Position numbers and translations under genes: made by a program. DNA of 64,000 nucleotides, taken from positions 2,659-66,658 of the IMG/VR virus record IMGVR_UViG_3300022725_000034. One strand, written 5' to 3'. Below are positions 19,103 to 28,466 of the stretch, piece after piece. The notes under the pieces are model-generated. The model searched no databases. It was not told the origin of the DNA and worked only from the letters and a program-made list of their open reading frames with translations. Source of the stretch: a virus. The first letter of the stretch is position 1; each line of letters opens with the position of its first letter.

Positions 19103-19643
19103 TATAAGCACGAAGACTGGCCTTGCCTTTGTCACGGATGTCGATGGTCACGTTGAGATCATTCGGGGCGTAGAGGTGACCTCACCCCTGAAGAACGGTC
19201 AATCGGAAGTGGAACGGTGGGAGCAGTACATGGAAAAGCTGTTTCTTCAGATCGATCAGGTCCAGCAGGAGTACGGATCTATCGACCGGTGCTTCATGGA
19301 GGGCTATGCGTTCACCCCTCACCAAGGCCGTGACACTATCGTTACTCAGGTGGCTCATGGGACTTCGGCTCGGATGATGGTTGAGCACATGGACATCCCA
19401 TACCATCAGGTATCTCCGGGCAACTGGAAGCAGTTTCTCACTGGTAGTGGGACCCTCAAGAAAGACCAGATTATGATGGCCCTGTTCAAGCACTTCGGAT
19501 ATGAGGCCAAGACGGACAACATTGCGGACGCCATGGTGATAGCATTGTTTGGCTTATATGCCAGTGCTAGTATCTCTGGCCCTGCATACAGGATGGACGC
19601 TATCAGCAAGTGGCGTAAGTCCAAATTCGGTGAGGTTTTTTGA
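19083..19643 (+). CDS. ruvC: Holliday junction resolvase
   Basis: MGLDISTKTG, FMEGYAF, NIADAM. Confidence 0.85.
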   Translation: MLIMGLDISTKTGLAFVTDVDGHVEIIRGVEVTSPLKNGQSEVERWEQYMEKLFLQIDQVQQEYGSIDRCFMEGYAFTPHQGRDTIVTQVAHGTSARMMVEHMDIPYHQVSPGNWKQFLTGSGTLKKDQIMMALFKHFGYEAKTDNIADAMVIALFGLYASASISGPAYRMDAISKWRKSKFGEVF

Positions 19644-19744
19644 AATTAATTTCAGAAACCTTTTGACAAAACCTAATAATACTGTCAGTATTAACTTGTA
19701 GCCTAAACAAAACGGCAGTCAAAACGACAGTAAGGAGATATATC

Positions 19745-20668
19745 ATGGCTGAATCCAAAGCAACTACCCCGGCAGCAAAAGCAGCATCTAAGGCCAAAGC
19801 TGCTCCCAAGAATCAAGAAGCTGAGACTCAGACCGAGACTCAGGAAACCGCAACCGTTAAGACCGGCACCAAAAAGGTGACCAAGGCGCAGGCCAAAAAG
19901 CTTGTCTCCGGTACTGACATCAAGACCTTCGATCTGAGCCAGACCGCAACCGCTATTGAAATGTTGGGCGAAGCGGACATTATGAACATGATCCCGGACT
20001 TGGTCGATGAGACCGGTGTCAATGACTTCAAGCTGGGCGGTGCACTGGCCCGGGTACAGGAAAACAAGTGGTGGAAAGACGAAGACTACGAGAGCTTCAA
20101 CGCCTACTGTGATGACCTGTTCTCTGGTGGCTACCGCAAGGCGATGTACCTGATCACGATCTACAAGAATCTGGTCGAGAAGGAAATCCCTTGGGATTCC
20201 GTGAAGGATATCGGTTGGTCCAAGCTGAAAGAACTCCTGCAAGTTATCACCAAGGATAACGTGGAAGACTGGGCGGCCAAGGCCAAGTCAATGACTCTGG
20301 TCCAGTTGGGTCAGTACGTGAAGGACTACCTCGCTTCTCAGAAGGAGGAAGGTGCAGGTGCTCCGACAGGGGACTCAGGCACCATGTCCACTCTGGCCTT
20401 CCGCCTCTTCAAGGATCAGCGGGACATCGTTGAGGCCACTCTGGAAACCGTTAAGACTCAGGCCGGCGATCCAGACATGAAGAAGGAAATGGCACTGGTT
20501 ACCCTGTGTGATGAGATCTCCTCCGGATCATCTACAGGTCCAAAGAGTTCAGAGACTCCTCAGCAGGCTCTTGCTGGGGCGGCTAAGAAGCTGGGCTGGC
20601 AGGAAACGCTGACCCTTCTGGCTGAGCTCTTTGACGATGAGATCGACATCAACGTCACTCAGAAGTAA
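19745..20668 (+). CDS. Phage protein with histone-like A/K-rich N-terminus (possible DNA-binding protein)
   Basis: MAESKATTPAAKAASKAK...; helical core LGGALARV...YRKAMYLITIY; own promoter and terminator. Confidence 0.55.
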   Translation: MAESKATTPAAKAASKAKAAPKNQEAETQTETQETATVKTGTKKVTKAQAKKLVSGTDIKTFDLSQTATAIEMLGEADIMNMIPDLVDETGVNDFKLGGALARVQENKWWKDEDYESFNAYCDDLFSGGYRKAMYLITIYKNLVEKEIPWDSVKDIGWSKLKELLQVITKDNVEDWAAKAKSMTLVQLGQYVKDYLASQKEEGAGAPTGDSGTMSTLAFRLFKDQRDIVEATLETVKTQAGDPDMKKEMALVTLCDEISSGSSTGPKSSETPQQALAGAAKKLGWQETLTLLAELFDDEIDINVTQK

Positions 20669-20685
20669 GACCGGAATCCAAGACT

Positions 20686-20708
20686 GGGGCTGAGGCCCCC
20701 TTTCTTTT
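20686..20708 (+). terminator. Rho-independent terminator
   Basis: GGGGC-tgag-GCCCC followed by a T-rich run. Confidence 0.7.
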
Positions 20709-20716
20709 ACCTGATA

Positions 20717-20744
20717 TTGACAAAACCTCAAACTATAGTATACT
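20717..20744 (+). promoter_or_regulatory. Phage sigma70-like promoter driving the ParB/MTase operon
   Basis: TTGACA-16 bp-TATACT. Confidence 0.75.
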
Positions 20745-20754
20745 GTAAAAAACA

Positions 20755-21645
20755 GTGGATAGATTCATGATTAAGCAGTTTGCTTCCAAATCTAGTTCTG
20801 ATATTTATCAGTGTGATACGGATAAGAAAACCTGCACTTGTCCGGGATTCAAGTTCAGTAACTGGTGTTGTCATCTTCAGGAAGCTGTAGGACCAAAACC
20901 ACAAAGCCCTCAGTCTGATATGTTTGGGCCTCATCCAACAGATGCTCCTGCTTTCGGTAGCTCAAAGCCGGTCAAACCCGCTTCGCCTGCTACCAAGAGT
21001 CAAGACTTTTACGATAAAGTTGATGAGCTAGAGGCGTTCTCTCGGACTCGACTTTCCAAAAATTTTATTATGCGCGATTTCCTATTTAGTGGGGTTGGGT
21101 CTATGGCTGGTATACCCGCTATGCCTGATGATCCAGATCATGTAATTGCGTCAGGTCGGGCGCTGTGTGAGAAAGTTCTTGAGCCTCTGAAAGCAGCGGG
21201 ACTCAGGTTTTCTATCACTTATGGGTATATCAATCGAGAGACCATGGATTTAGAAAGCCCTCACAGTGCCAGCAAGCCGAGATCTTCACGACCCCATCAT
21301 TGGGATCGCAAGACTTTTGGAGACGGGATTTACTGCCGGGTAGATATACTCCCCTACAATGTTGAAGACAAAGAGCTAGATCGCTACGAGCTTGGCCGGT
21401 GGATCATGTACAACCTAGATGTTGACATGCTGATGCAATGGTGGAAGTCCAATGTTTATTGCATTACGATCAGTCCTAAGCCCCGCCGTGTATGGTTAGA
21501 GTGGTGTCCAAAAGGAGAGGGCGATGGGAACTCTAACAAGCGCACCTACATGGGCGAATACTACTGGAATAAAGTCTATCCAAACGAGCATCAACCCCCG
21601 AAGTTCGGACCATCCGCAAGCGGTGGCCGGATGTTTTGGAATTAA
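20755..21645 (+). CDS. SWIM zinc finger fused to a peptidase M15A-like domain
   Basis: CTCPGF...CCHL; RLSKNF..RDF...LCEKVLEPL...ITYGY...H...VD pattern; third metal ligand appears to be Cys (VYCITIS). Confidence 0.55.
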   Translation: MDRFMIKQFASKSSSDIYQCDTDKKTCTCPGFKFSNWCCHLQEAVGPKPQSPQSDMFGPHPTDAPAFGSSKPVKPASPATKSQDFYDKVDELEAFSRTRLSKNFIMRDFLFSGVGSMAGIPAMPDDPDHVIASGRALCEKVLEPLKAAGLRFSITYGYINRETMDLESPHSASKPRSSRPHHWDRKTFGDGIYCRVDILPYNVEDKELDRYELGRWIMYNLDVDMLMQWWKSNVYCITISPKPRRVWLEWCPKGEGDGNSNKRTYMGEYYWNKVYPNEHQPPKFGPSASGGRMFWN

Positions 21646-21655
21646 AGGAGCATTC

Positions 21656-22366
21656 ATGACTAACCTGTCAGACCTTAAAGAAGTACCGCTTTCTGAAATC
21701 AAACCCTACAGTAATAACCCAAGAATTAATGAGGCTGCTGTTTCTGATATAGCAGAATCTATCGAGGCTTTTGGATTTGTTGTTCCTATTCTTCTGGATG
21801 AGAAGAATACTATCATTGCCGGCCATACTCGTTGGGAAGCGGCAAAGACCTTAGATCTTGAATCCGCTCCTTGTCTCTATGCTAAAGGGCTCTCAGACGA
21901 TCAGGTAAAAGCTTTTCGTATTGCCGACAACCGGTTGGCCGAAAACTCCAGTTGGAATATGGATCTTCTGGCGGAAGAAATGCAGGGCCTTGAGAAGTCT
22001 GGATTTCAATTGGGAGTGTTGGGCTTTTCTCGGGAAGAGTTAGACTGCATTCTCGAGCCAGTATCCGCAGATTGTCTGGATGACCTTAACCATGAATCTG
22101 TCTGTGGGGATGTTGAAAAAGTAGATCCCAATTCAGGACAGAGAACCACAGTTCGGATCAGTCTAGGCGAGTTCTCTTGGGTCATTCCTCTGAGCCAGTA
22201 CAATGAGTGGGCATCTAACATGCGGGCCAGCTACTCAAGTGCTTCTGATGTAGTTGCTCACCTACAGAAAATTCTTGACCTCACTCCTGTCCATACAAGC
22301 AAAGAGGAAGAAACCGAGCCTACTTCAGAAACAGACGATAAAGTGGGGGATGGTTTTGATGAGTAA
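21656..22366 (+). CDS. ParB/Srx N-terminal domain protein
   Basis: LSEIKPYSNNPRIN, SIEAFGFVVPI, IIAGHTRWEAA, IADNRLAE. Confidence 0.85.
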   Translation: MTNLSDLKEVPLSEIKPYSNNPRINEAAVSDIAESIEAFGFVVPILLDEKNTIIAGHTRWEAAKTLDLESAPCLYAKGLSDDQVKAFRIADNRLAENSSWNMDLLAEEMQGLEKSGFQLGVLGFSREELDCILEPVSADCLDDLNHESVCGDVEKVDPNSGQRTTVRISLGEFSWVIPLSQYNEWASNMRASYSSASDVVAHLQKILDLTPVHTSKEEETEPTSETDDKVGDGFDE

Positions 22367-23918
22367 TGGTGGGAAGTATGCCAAGTGCAAGATCAAACTG
22401 GTCCCCACAGAAACAGTAGTGGGGGCATCCTACAACCCACGAAAAACCGACCTTGACCGTCTTGAGCATGTGAAATCCTCACTAGAGCATCTGGGGTTTG
22501 TTCTTCCACTCTACGCCCAGTCGAAGACCGGGATACTATTGTCTGGTCACCAGCGTAGCAAAGCCGCTCATCTTCTCGGGTACACAAATCTCCCTGTGAT
22601 GCACTTGAATGTTCCGGCCAAAGATGAGAAAGGTCTGAACCTCACATTCAACAAGGCAACCAACGACCTTGATGTGTCCAAGATTAACGCTAAAGCTGCG
22701 TATCAGGAGTTTGTTGAAAAGACTGCGGGGGAAGTAGATAAAGGAGATCCAGTCCCTCCAGATAGCTTCCCTTGTATGGAAACTGAGAAGATCGAAGTCA
22801 ACACACTACTACACAGCCTCAGTCAGTTTGACGAGCTAACTGAGTACCATTTCAAGGTAGGATTGCCTCTCATTGTCCATAAGGCTTTTATGCCTCTTGT
22901 GGTTACAGAGTCTGGCGATCTGGTGAACGGTGCTTTCAGACTCTACGCCTATTGGAAAAAGGGCTTTGAGTTTTGCGACGTAGTGACTATCCCAGATAAT
23001 AAGTACGAGTTCGCCAACTACAGTCTGAACCTCCTTGCCATGGACTTCGATGTTCAGGATCATTTCAAAGAAGAGCTTCGATATAACGCCTACAGAAGGT
23101 TATCAACCAGTAATCAGATTGTAGGCCTGTCTCGGACATTCTCTTACTTTCCCATGGGACGCACGATGCGTAACAGTCGTGGAACCTCCAAGATGCGTGA
23201 TGGGCAAGTAGACGATCTGGATATGCTTCCCGACCGCAATCCGGAGGCAAGACGTAAATACCATGAATGCTATGGTAAAACCGTTGTCGATTTTGGGGCC
23301 GGAACTTTCCACGATAGTGAGCTTATGGAGAATGCTGGGTTCAACGTCTTGTCTTTCGAGCCGTATTATGTGAGAGAGACGGGGGAGCCGAGTTCCGACT
23401 TGTCTCGTCAATATGGGAAAGCCTTCCTCGACAAATTGCGTGAGACGAAGCGGGTGGATTCGGTAATCTCCAGTTTTACCCTGAACTCAATACCTCACCA
23501 TAAGGATCGCATGGCGGTTCTATGCATCATTGCGGCATTGTGCCGGGTAGATTCAAAAGCTTTCCTTGGAACCCAGCCGGTTAGCCGAAGATCTCGGGGG
23601 GACGCTAGAAATAAGATGGATGCCAACATGGAGCCAAACATGGTCATTGGCCACTCCATGAACTTCAAGTCTCAGAAGTACTATCACAAGGAGGAGCTAG
23701 AGAAGATGGTGGGGGTGTTCTTCAACGATGTTAAAGTCACCAAACACTCTGGGACTCTTTACGTGAGAGCCCAGTACCCCAAGAGAGTACGGCCAGAACT
23801 TCTGGGGGAGGCACTAGAGATAGAGTTCAACATGCCCTACTCAGACGGAACAACCATGGATCTGGTAGACGAGGCTAAAGAGTCTTTCTCAAAATATCTG
23901 GGGGTGAAGATACCCTGA
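22359..23918 (+). CDS. Double-ParB domain protein fused to a class I SAM-dependent transferase
   Basis: YNPRK...LSGHQR, second ParB-like unit LVNGAFRL, then VVDFGAG, FEPY and SSFTLNSIP. Confidence 0.8.
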   Translation: MSNGGKYAKCKIKLVPTETVVGASYNPRKTDLDRLEHVKSSLEHLGFVLPLYAQSKTGILLSGHQRSKAAHLLGYTNLPVMHLNVPAKDEKGLNLTFNKATNDLDVSKINAKAAYQEFVEKTAGEVDKGDPVPPDSFPCMETEKIEVNTLLHSLSQFDELTEYHFKVGLPLIVHKAFMPLVVTESGDLVNGAFRLYAYWKKGFEFCDVVTIPDNKYEFANYSLNLLAMDFDVQDHFKEELRYNAYRRLSTSNQIVGLSRTFSYFPMGRTMRNSRGTSKMRDGQVDDLDMLPDRNPEARRKYHECYGKTVVDFGAGTFHDSELMENAGFNVLSFEPYYVRETGEPSSDLSRQYGKAFLDKLRETKRVDSVISSFTLNSIPHHKDRMAVLCIIAALCRVDSKAFLGTQPVSRRSRGDARNKMDANMEPNMVIGHSMNFKSQKYYHKEELEKMVGVFFNDVKVTKHSGTLYVRAQYPKRVRPELLGEALEIEFNMPYSDGTTMDLVDEAKESFSKYLGVKIP

Positions 23919-23942
23919 GTGAAATTAATTGCAAAAATCACA

Positions 23943-23964
23943 AGGCTCCTTCGGGGGCCTTTTT
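23943..23964 (+). terminator. Rho-independent terminator
   Basis: AGGCTCC-ttcg-GGGGCCT followed by a T run. Confidence 0.75.
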
Positions 23965-23980
23965 ATGTCGTGTAAAAAGT

Positions 23981-24096
23981 GGGGGAGCAGGTCTACCCAG
24001 AGAGTCTATACCTAGAGAACTCTTTGACATTAATTGCAAAAATTTTGGGGGATCCGGGGGAGCAATAACACCACTTCCCAGAGAGCTACTAAGAGA
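23981..24096. repeat. Degenerate direct repeat pair flanking a palindrome
   Basis: GGGGGAGCA at 23981 and 24056; CCCAGAGAG at 23996 and 24077; palindrome at 24025. Confidence 0.6.
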
Positions 24097-24208
24097 CCTT
24101 AACGGGATCCCTATTGGCGACAACCCAATACCCGTAGTAGACTCATCAGCACACGTGTAGAAAACTCTATACTTCACCTAAACCTCTTTAATACTTAAAG
24201 GATTTCCC

Positions 24209-24934
24209 ATGCAAGATAGTCTTAGTCATAAGCCGCCCTCTAAGTGGCAGTTTGATGAAGAGGTAACTCGTTGTTTTGATGACATGTTGTTGAGGTCTAT
24301 CCCCAATTATGAGCAAGCCCAGACCCTTATGGCTAAGCTTACAGTTAAGGCGTTGGAGCAGATGTCCGGGGGTACTGTTCTGGATCTCGGAGTGTCACTG
24401 GCAAACTCGTTCAAACTCATTGAGCACTACGCCAAAAACAAACCCTCGTTATTCGTGAACTATGTTGGTCTCGATAATTCAGAGCCCATGGTGAAGTCCG
24501 CAAAAGAGCAATTCACCAATGCTCGATACTTCCATGCCAATGTTCAAGATTTTATGAAGTTCTATAAAGACCCTATCGGGGTGGCCATCCTTTCCCTGAC
24601 TCTCCAGTTCATACCTGTGGAGCATCGGCAAGAGCTTTTGTCTCAGATTTTTCAGCGCCTGAAGAAGGGCGGCTGTGTCTTCTTGTTTGAAAAGTGTCTT
24701 GGGGCAGATAGCACAGAAGAGGATCTGTTCACTGAGATGTACTACGACTTTAAGCAGTCCAATGGGTATACCATGGACTCCATATTGGCCAAGCGAAAAT
24801 CTCTGGAAAACGTACTTGTACCCCTAGACCAAACCAGAAATCGAGAAATGCTGGAGCGTGAGGGCTTTCGTGTTCATTTGCTCTCTCACTGGTGCAACTT
24901 CTCCCTTATGGTGGGTTACAAAGATACGGAGTAA
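24209..24934 (+). CDS. cmoA: Carboxy-S-adenosyl-L-methionine synthase
   Basis: Full-length similarity to CmoA: WQFDEEV..FDDM..RSIPNY, DLGVS, DNS..M, LTLQF, EK, DFKQSNGY and KRKSLENV (keeps the Arg equivalent to E. coli R199). Confidence 0.85.
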   Translation: MQDSLSHKPPSKWQFDEEVTRCFDDMLLRSIPNYEQAQTLMAKLTVKALEQMSGGTVLDLGVSLANSFKLIEHYAKNKPSLFVNYVGLDNSEPMVKSAKEQFTNARYFHANVQDFMKFYKDPIGVAILSLTLQFIPVEHRQELLSQIFQRLKKGGCVFLFEKCLGADSTEEDLFTEMYYDFKQSNGYTMDSILAKRKSLENVLVPLDQTRNREMLEREGFRVHLLSHWCNFSLMVGYKDTE

Positions 24935-24936
24935 GC

Positions 24937-25866
24937 ATGGCTCTCAAGATCGACCAGAAGTCCGCCGAAAAGGTGGAGGTTGATCCGTCTCTCTCCGCTA
25001 ATGCACAGAAGCGTTTGTCTGAACGTCTCAAGAAGGAGCAGCGACGGGTCATTGCCGCCAATGCGCGGGAAGCCAAAGCCCAGAAGAAAGCCAGAGATGC
25101 TTCAGAGAAAGTAGAATCTTTGGAGTCTCGGCTTAAGAGGTTGGAGGCTGAGCTAAAAGCTCATAAATCCCCAAAGCCTAAAGACCCGAGCAATCGTCTG
25201 GGGGCAAAAAAGAATAACCCCTACCCAAAAGATTTACCCAGAGAGGAAATAGATCGCTTAGCTAATACAGACCCCACATCTGAAGAGGTTCCGGATCAAA
25301 GACTGACAGAATACTCAGCAGAGATTGATCTTCGCCGTAAGCAGGTAGCAAGGTTGATGCTCCGGGGTGTTCCTATATACACGATTGCCAGCTATCTGAA
25401 AGTCAGTCATAGAACTGTAATGAGGGATGCTGAGGTAGTTCGTAAGCAGTGGTCAGAGTCTATTGGATCCTTTGACATCAGCACGGCTCTGGGCGAATCC
25501 ATGGCGTTTTATAGGGAGGCTCGAAATATAGCTCTCAGGACAGCAACTGACACTACAGACAAAGGCATAAAGATGAGTGACAAACTCAACGCCCTGAAGA
25601 CTGCAATTACTTCAGAATCTGATATGCATAAATTCCTACAAGCGGTTGGAGTTTACGACTTGTTTGATCTGAAAGCTTTGACCCGAGGGGAAGAGATGAC
25701 AGATGACGGGACAGATTTTGAAAACTTTTTGGGTGACCTGTCTCAGGCTATTGATGTGGATCGGGATCCAGTCAGTGGGGACTTTGGTCTGGCGGCGGAA
25801 GACTCTCATCAAGATTTGAATCAGGACTTCACTGTAGATGATGACTTTACGGATACCGATATATGA
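24937..25866 (+). CDS. Terminase small subunit (probable)
   Basis: Coiled coil, HTH (LRGVPIYTIASYLKVSHRTVMRD) and acidic tail; overlaps the start of TerL. Confidence 0.65.
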   Translation: MALKIDQKSAEKVEVDPSLSANAQKRLSERLKKEQRRVIAANAREAKAQKKARDASEKVESLESRLKRLEAELKAHKSPKPKDPSNRLGAKKNNPYPKDLPREEIDRLANTDPTSEEVPDQRLTEYSAEIDLRRKQVARLMLRGVPIYTIASYLKVSHRTVMRDAEVVRKQWSESIGSFDISTALGESMAFYREARNIALRTATDTTDKGIKMSDKLNALKTAITSESDMHKFLQAVGVYDLFDLKALTRGEEMTDDGTDFENFLGDLSQAIDVDRDPVSGDFGLAAEDSHQDLNQDFTVDDDFTDTDI

Positions 25867-27695
25867 TCCGCCACCCACAAGTAGAGCAATTGTTGTTACA
25901 GACTGAGAGAGGACTTAGCGGAATACGCAACCCTCGCTTCCGCAAATTCTTAAGGCAGGCCCTTGAAGAGGCGGCAGAAGGTGATCTGGAAAAGCTCAGG
26001 GCAGCGCAGAACTACAAACGGTTCCCGGTTCCTGTTGAAGAGTTTTTGCTGAGTGATGTGTACATGGACGCCAAAAAGTTCCTGTACCCTGCGGTGGTAG
26101 ACGAGTTGATTGAGGTCAACAGTGGGAAGTACGTTGAAGCTCTTTTTGTGGGGGGCATTGGTTCAGCCAAGACTACTTCAGCCTTGTACACCAATGCCTA
26201 TCAGATATACCTGTTAAGCTGCCTCAAGAGCCCTCATAAGCCATTTGGGCTGGACCCCAGTTCGGAGATGCTGTTTGCCTTCCAGAACAGGACAGAGACG
26301 CTTGCAAAGACGGTATCCTATAACCGTTTCCGTGCCATGATCAGGCACAGCCCCTATTTCCAGAAGCACTTCATGTTTGACAAGCGCATGGAGAGTCGAA
26401 TGCTGTTCCCTTACAGGATCGAAGTGGTTCCTTGTGGTGCAAGCCAGTTTGGAACCATCGGCCAGAACGTCATTGGAGGGGTCATTGACGAGTTGAACTT
26501 CATGGATGTGACTAGCAATTCTAAGCGTAGTGTGGATGGCGGAACTTACGACCAAGCGCAAACCACCTACAACTCGATAGCTACTCGTCGTAAGACCCGA
26601 TTCTCGTCACAGGGTAAACTTCCGGGGATCCTGTGTCTGGTTTCTTCTCGTCGCTATCCGGGGCAGTTTACTGATCATAAAGAAATGGAAGCCAAGACTG
26701 ACCCGACGATTTACATCTATGATAAGCGGGTGTGGGAGATAAAACCCGATAGCTTCAAAGAGCCCAAGTTCCCGGTATTCATCGGTGACGTTAGCCGTAA
26801 GCCTCGCATTGTAGAAGATCCGGATGAGTTGGAGGAAGTGGATGAAGAAGATTTGAATCTCTACGACTTCATACCGGAAACATTCAGACAGGATTTCCAA
26901 AACGACATCTATCAGTCTCTCCGGGATGTGGCTGGTGTAAGCACCTTGGCCCTAACTCCGTTTATTACTAACGTGGCTGCGGTGAACGAGTGCTTCGGAA
27001 AAAGGCCTTCACTTCTGACACTCGATAAAGCAGACATGATAACCAAACGGCCTAATGCAGATCCTAAGGCTGTCAGTAATCCCCACCTTCCAAGATTCGT
27101 TCATGGGGATTTTTCTATTAATGGAGATAGCACCGGGGTGGTAATGGGGCATGTCTCCGGGTTTAAGGCTGTACCTCGGGGGGACACGGTTGAAGTACTT
27201 CCGATCATTGAGATCGATTTTGCTTTTGAGATTGTGGCTCCTAAGAATGGGGAGGTTGAGTTCCACCGGATAAGGACAATGCTATACAACCTCAGGGACA
27301 AAATGGGGATCAACATCAAGTGGGCGACCTTTGATAGTTTCCAATCCAGAGACTCTATTCAGACGCTGAGGCAGCAGGGGATCCGCACCGGTCTCCAATC
27401 TATGGATACCAAGGTTACTCCCTACGTGGTGCTTAAACAGGCGTTGTATGATGAAAGGGTGAGGATCCCTGAGAATCAGAAGCTGAAGCTGGAACTACTC
27501 TCCCTTGAGTACGATACAAGGAAGGACAAAATAGACCACCCTTCAACAGGGTCCAAGGATATAGCTGACTCACTGGCCGGGGTGGTGTTCGGGTTGACTA
27601 ATAGACGTGAGATCTGGACTTCATTCGATATCTCGCCCAGTCGTATACCTGAAGAGTTGAAAGAAAGGCTTAAGAAGGACAACACAAAAGAGTGA
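25863..27695 (+). CDS. terL: Terminase large subunit
   Basis: GGIGSAKT Walker A, VIDELNF Walker B, CLVSS motif III, nuclease HGD...TFD...KDIADS. Confidence 0.88.
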   Translation: MIRHPQVEQLLLQTERGLSGIRNPRFRKFLRQALEEAAEGDLEKLRAAQNYKRFPVPVEEFLLSDVYMDAKKFLYPAVVDELIEVNSGKYVEALFVGGIGSAKTTSALYTNAYQIYLLSCLKSPHKPFGLDPSSEMLFAFQNRTETLAKTVSYNRFRAMIRHSPYFQKHFMFDKRMESRMLFPYRIEVVPCGASQFGTIGQNVIGGVIDELNFMDVTSNSKRSVDGGTYDQAQTTYNSIATRRKTRFSSQGKLPGILCLVSSRRYPGQFTDHKEMEAKTDPTIYIYDKRVWEIKPDSFKEPKFPVFIGDVSRKPRIVEDPDELEEVDEEDLNLYDFIPETFRQDFQNDIYQSLRDVAGVSTLALTPFITNVAAVNECFGKRPSLLTLDKADMITKRPNADPKAVSNPHLPRFVHGDFSINGDSTGVVMGHVSGFKAVPRGDTVEVLPIIEIDFAFEIVAPKNGEVEFHRIRTMLYNLRDKMGINIKWATFDSFQSRDSIQTLRQQGIRTGLQSMDTKVTPYVVLKQALYDERVRIPENQKLKLELLSLEYDTRKDKIDHPSTGSKDIADSLAGVVFGLTNRREIWTSFDISPSRIPEELKERLKKDNTKE

Positions 27696-27724
27696 AATTA
27701 ATTTCAAAAAGTGGTCTCAGGTGT

Positions 27725-27752
27725 TTGACTAAACTCTAAATTGTGGTATTAT
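27725..27752 (+). promoter_or_regulatory. Phage sigma70-like promoter
   Basis: TTGACT-16 bp-TATTAT. Confidence 0.75.
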
Positions 27753-27797
27753 AAGTACATAGAGTTAAGAAATCACACGAATTAAGGAGATTCACCA

Positions 27798-27995
27798 ATG
27801 AACATTAAGACTGCAAGAACCTTGAAGCCGGGGTCGAAAGTAAAGTACCCGCCTGACCGGGGATCTCCCGGAGGTGTAGGCACTGTGCGATCCGCCAGTG
27901 TTGATCGAGTCCACAAGAATATCCGTGGGGAAGAATACATCTGGGTCGGCCTGAAAGAAGGTGGTGTCTGGCCCTCTAACCGATTGATGTGGTGA
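27798..27995 (+). CDS. Small hypothetical protein (SH3/KOW-like beta pattern)
   Basis: 65 aa, RBS AAGGAG, own promoter. Confidence 0.65.
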   Translation: MNIKTARTLKPGSKVKYPPDRGSPGGVGTVRSASVDRVHKNIRGEEYIWVGLKEGGVWPSNRLMW

Positions 27996-28024
27996 GACTA
28001 TTTTTGAAATTAATTGCAAAGTAT

Positions 28025-28052
28025 TTGACAAAACTCCTAATTATGGTAGTCT
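28025..28052 (+). promoter_or_regulatory. Phage promoter with upstream palindrome (28005-28018)
   Basis: TTGACA-16 bp-TAGTCT. Confidence 0.7.
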
Positions 28053-28107
28053 ATAGGGACACTCAGGAGCATTACCGATCTGATGAACATGCTGGAGGAG
28101 AAAGAAG

Positions 28108-28359
28108 ATGGCGAATAAAAAATCAAGAACAGTTGAGGGGGTTCTGAAGACCCTGATCCGGGAGAAGTCGAGCCCCTCTGGTAATCCCAGATACACCATG
28201 GCCATTCTGACCGATGACGAAGAGATCTATCATGTGACTACCCGTCCGGATTCAGACCACGCCTACGGGATGACTAACCACCTCGACAAGCGGTTGAGGG
28301 TGGACTTCAGTATGTACCGTAATCGCTTTGCACTGGATTCCCTTGAGGAGCTGTCATGA
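28108..28359 (+). CDS. Small hypothetical protein
   Basis: 83 aa, RBS GGAGGAG. Confidence 0.65.
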   Translation: MANKKSRTVEGVLKTLIREKSSPSGNPRYTMAILTDDEEIYHVTTRPDSDHAYGMTNHLDKRLRVDFSMYRNRFALDSLEELS

Positions 28360-28466
28360 ATAACGCGGATACCCAGTACTTGCTCCAACAGACTCAAGAC
28401 CTGAGACACAGGGTTGGAGACTTGCAGAAACGCATTCGGCGCCGTTCAGGTAGCGGACTTCCATGA
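28356..28466 (+). CDS. 36-aa hypothetical protein (below ORF-track cut-off)
   Basis: ATGA overlap with the preceding gene, GAGGAG RBS. Confidence 0.4.
   Translation: MNNADTQYLLQQTQDLRHRVGDLQKRIRRRSGSGLP

Noticed and set aside
24209-24934. cmoA as a plain tRNA-modification gene
   Set aside because: Not excluded, but no cmoB is in the window and the neighbours are DNA-associated ParB/MTase/terminase genes, so the DNA hypothesis was preferred
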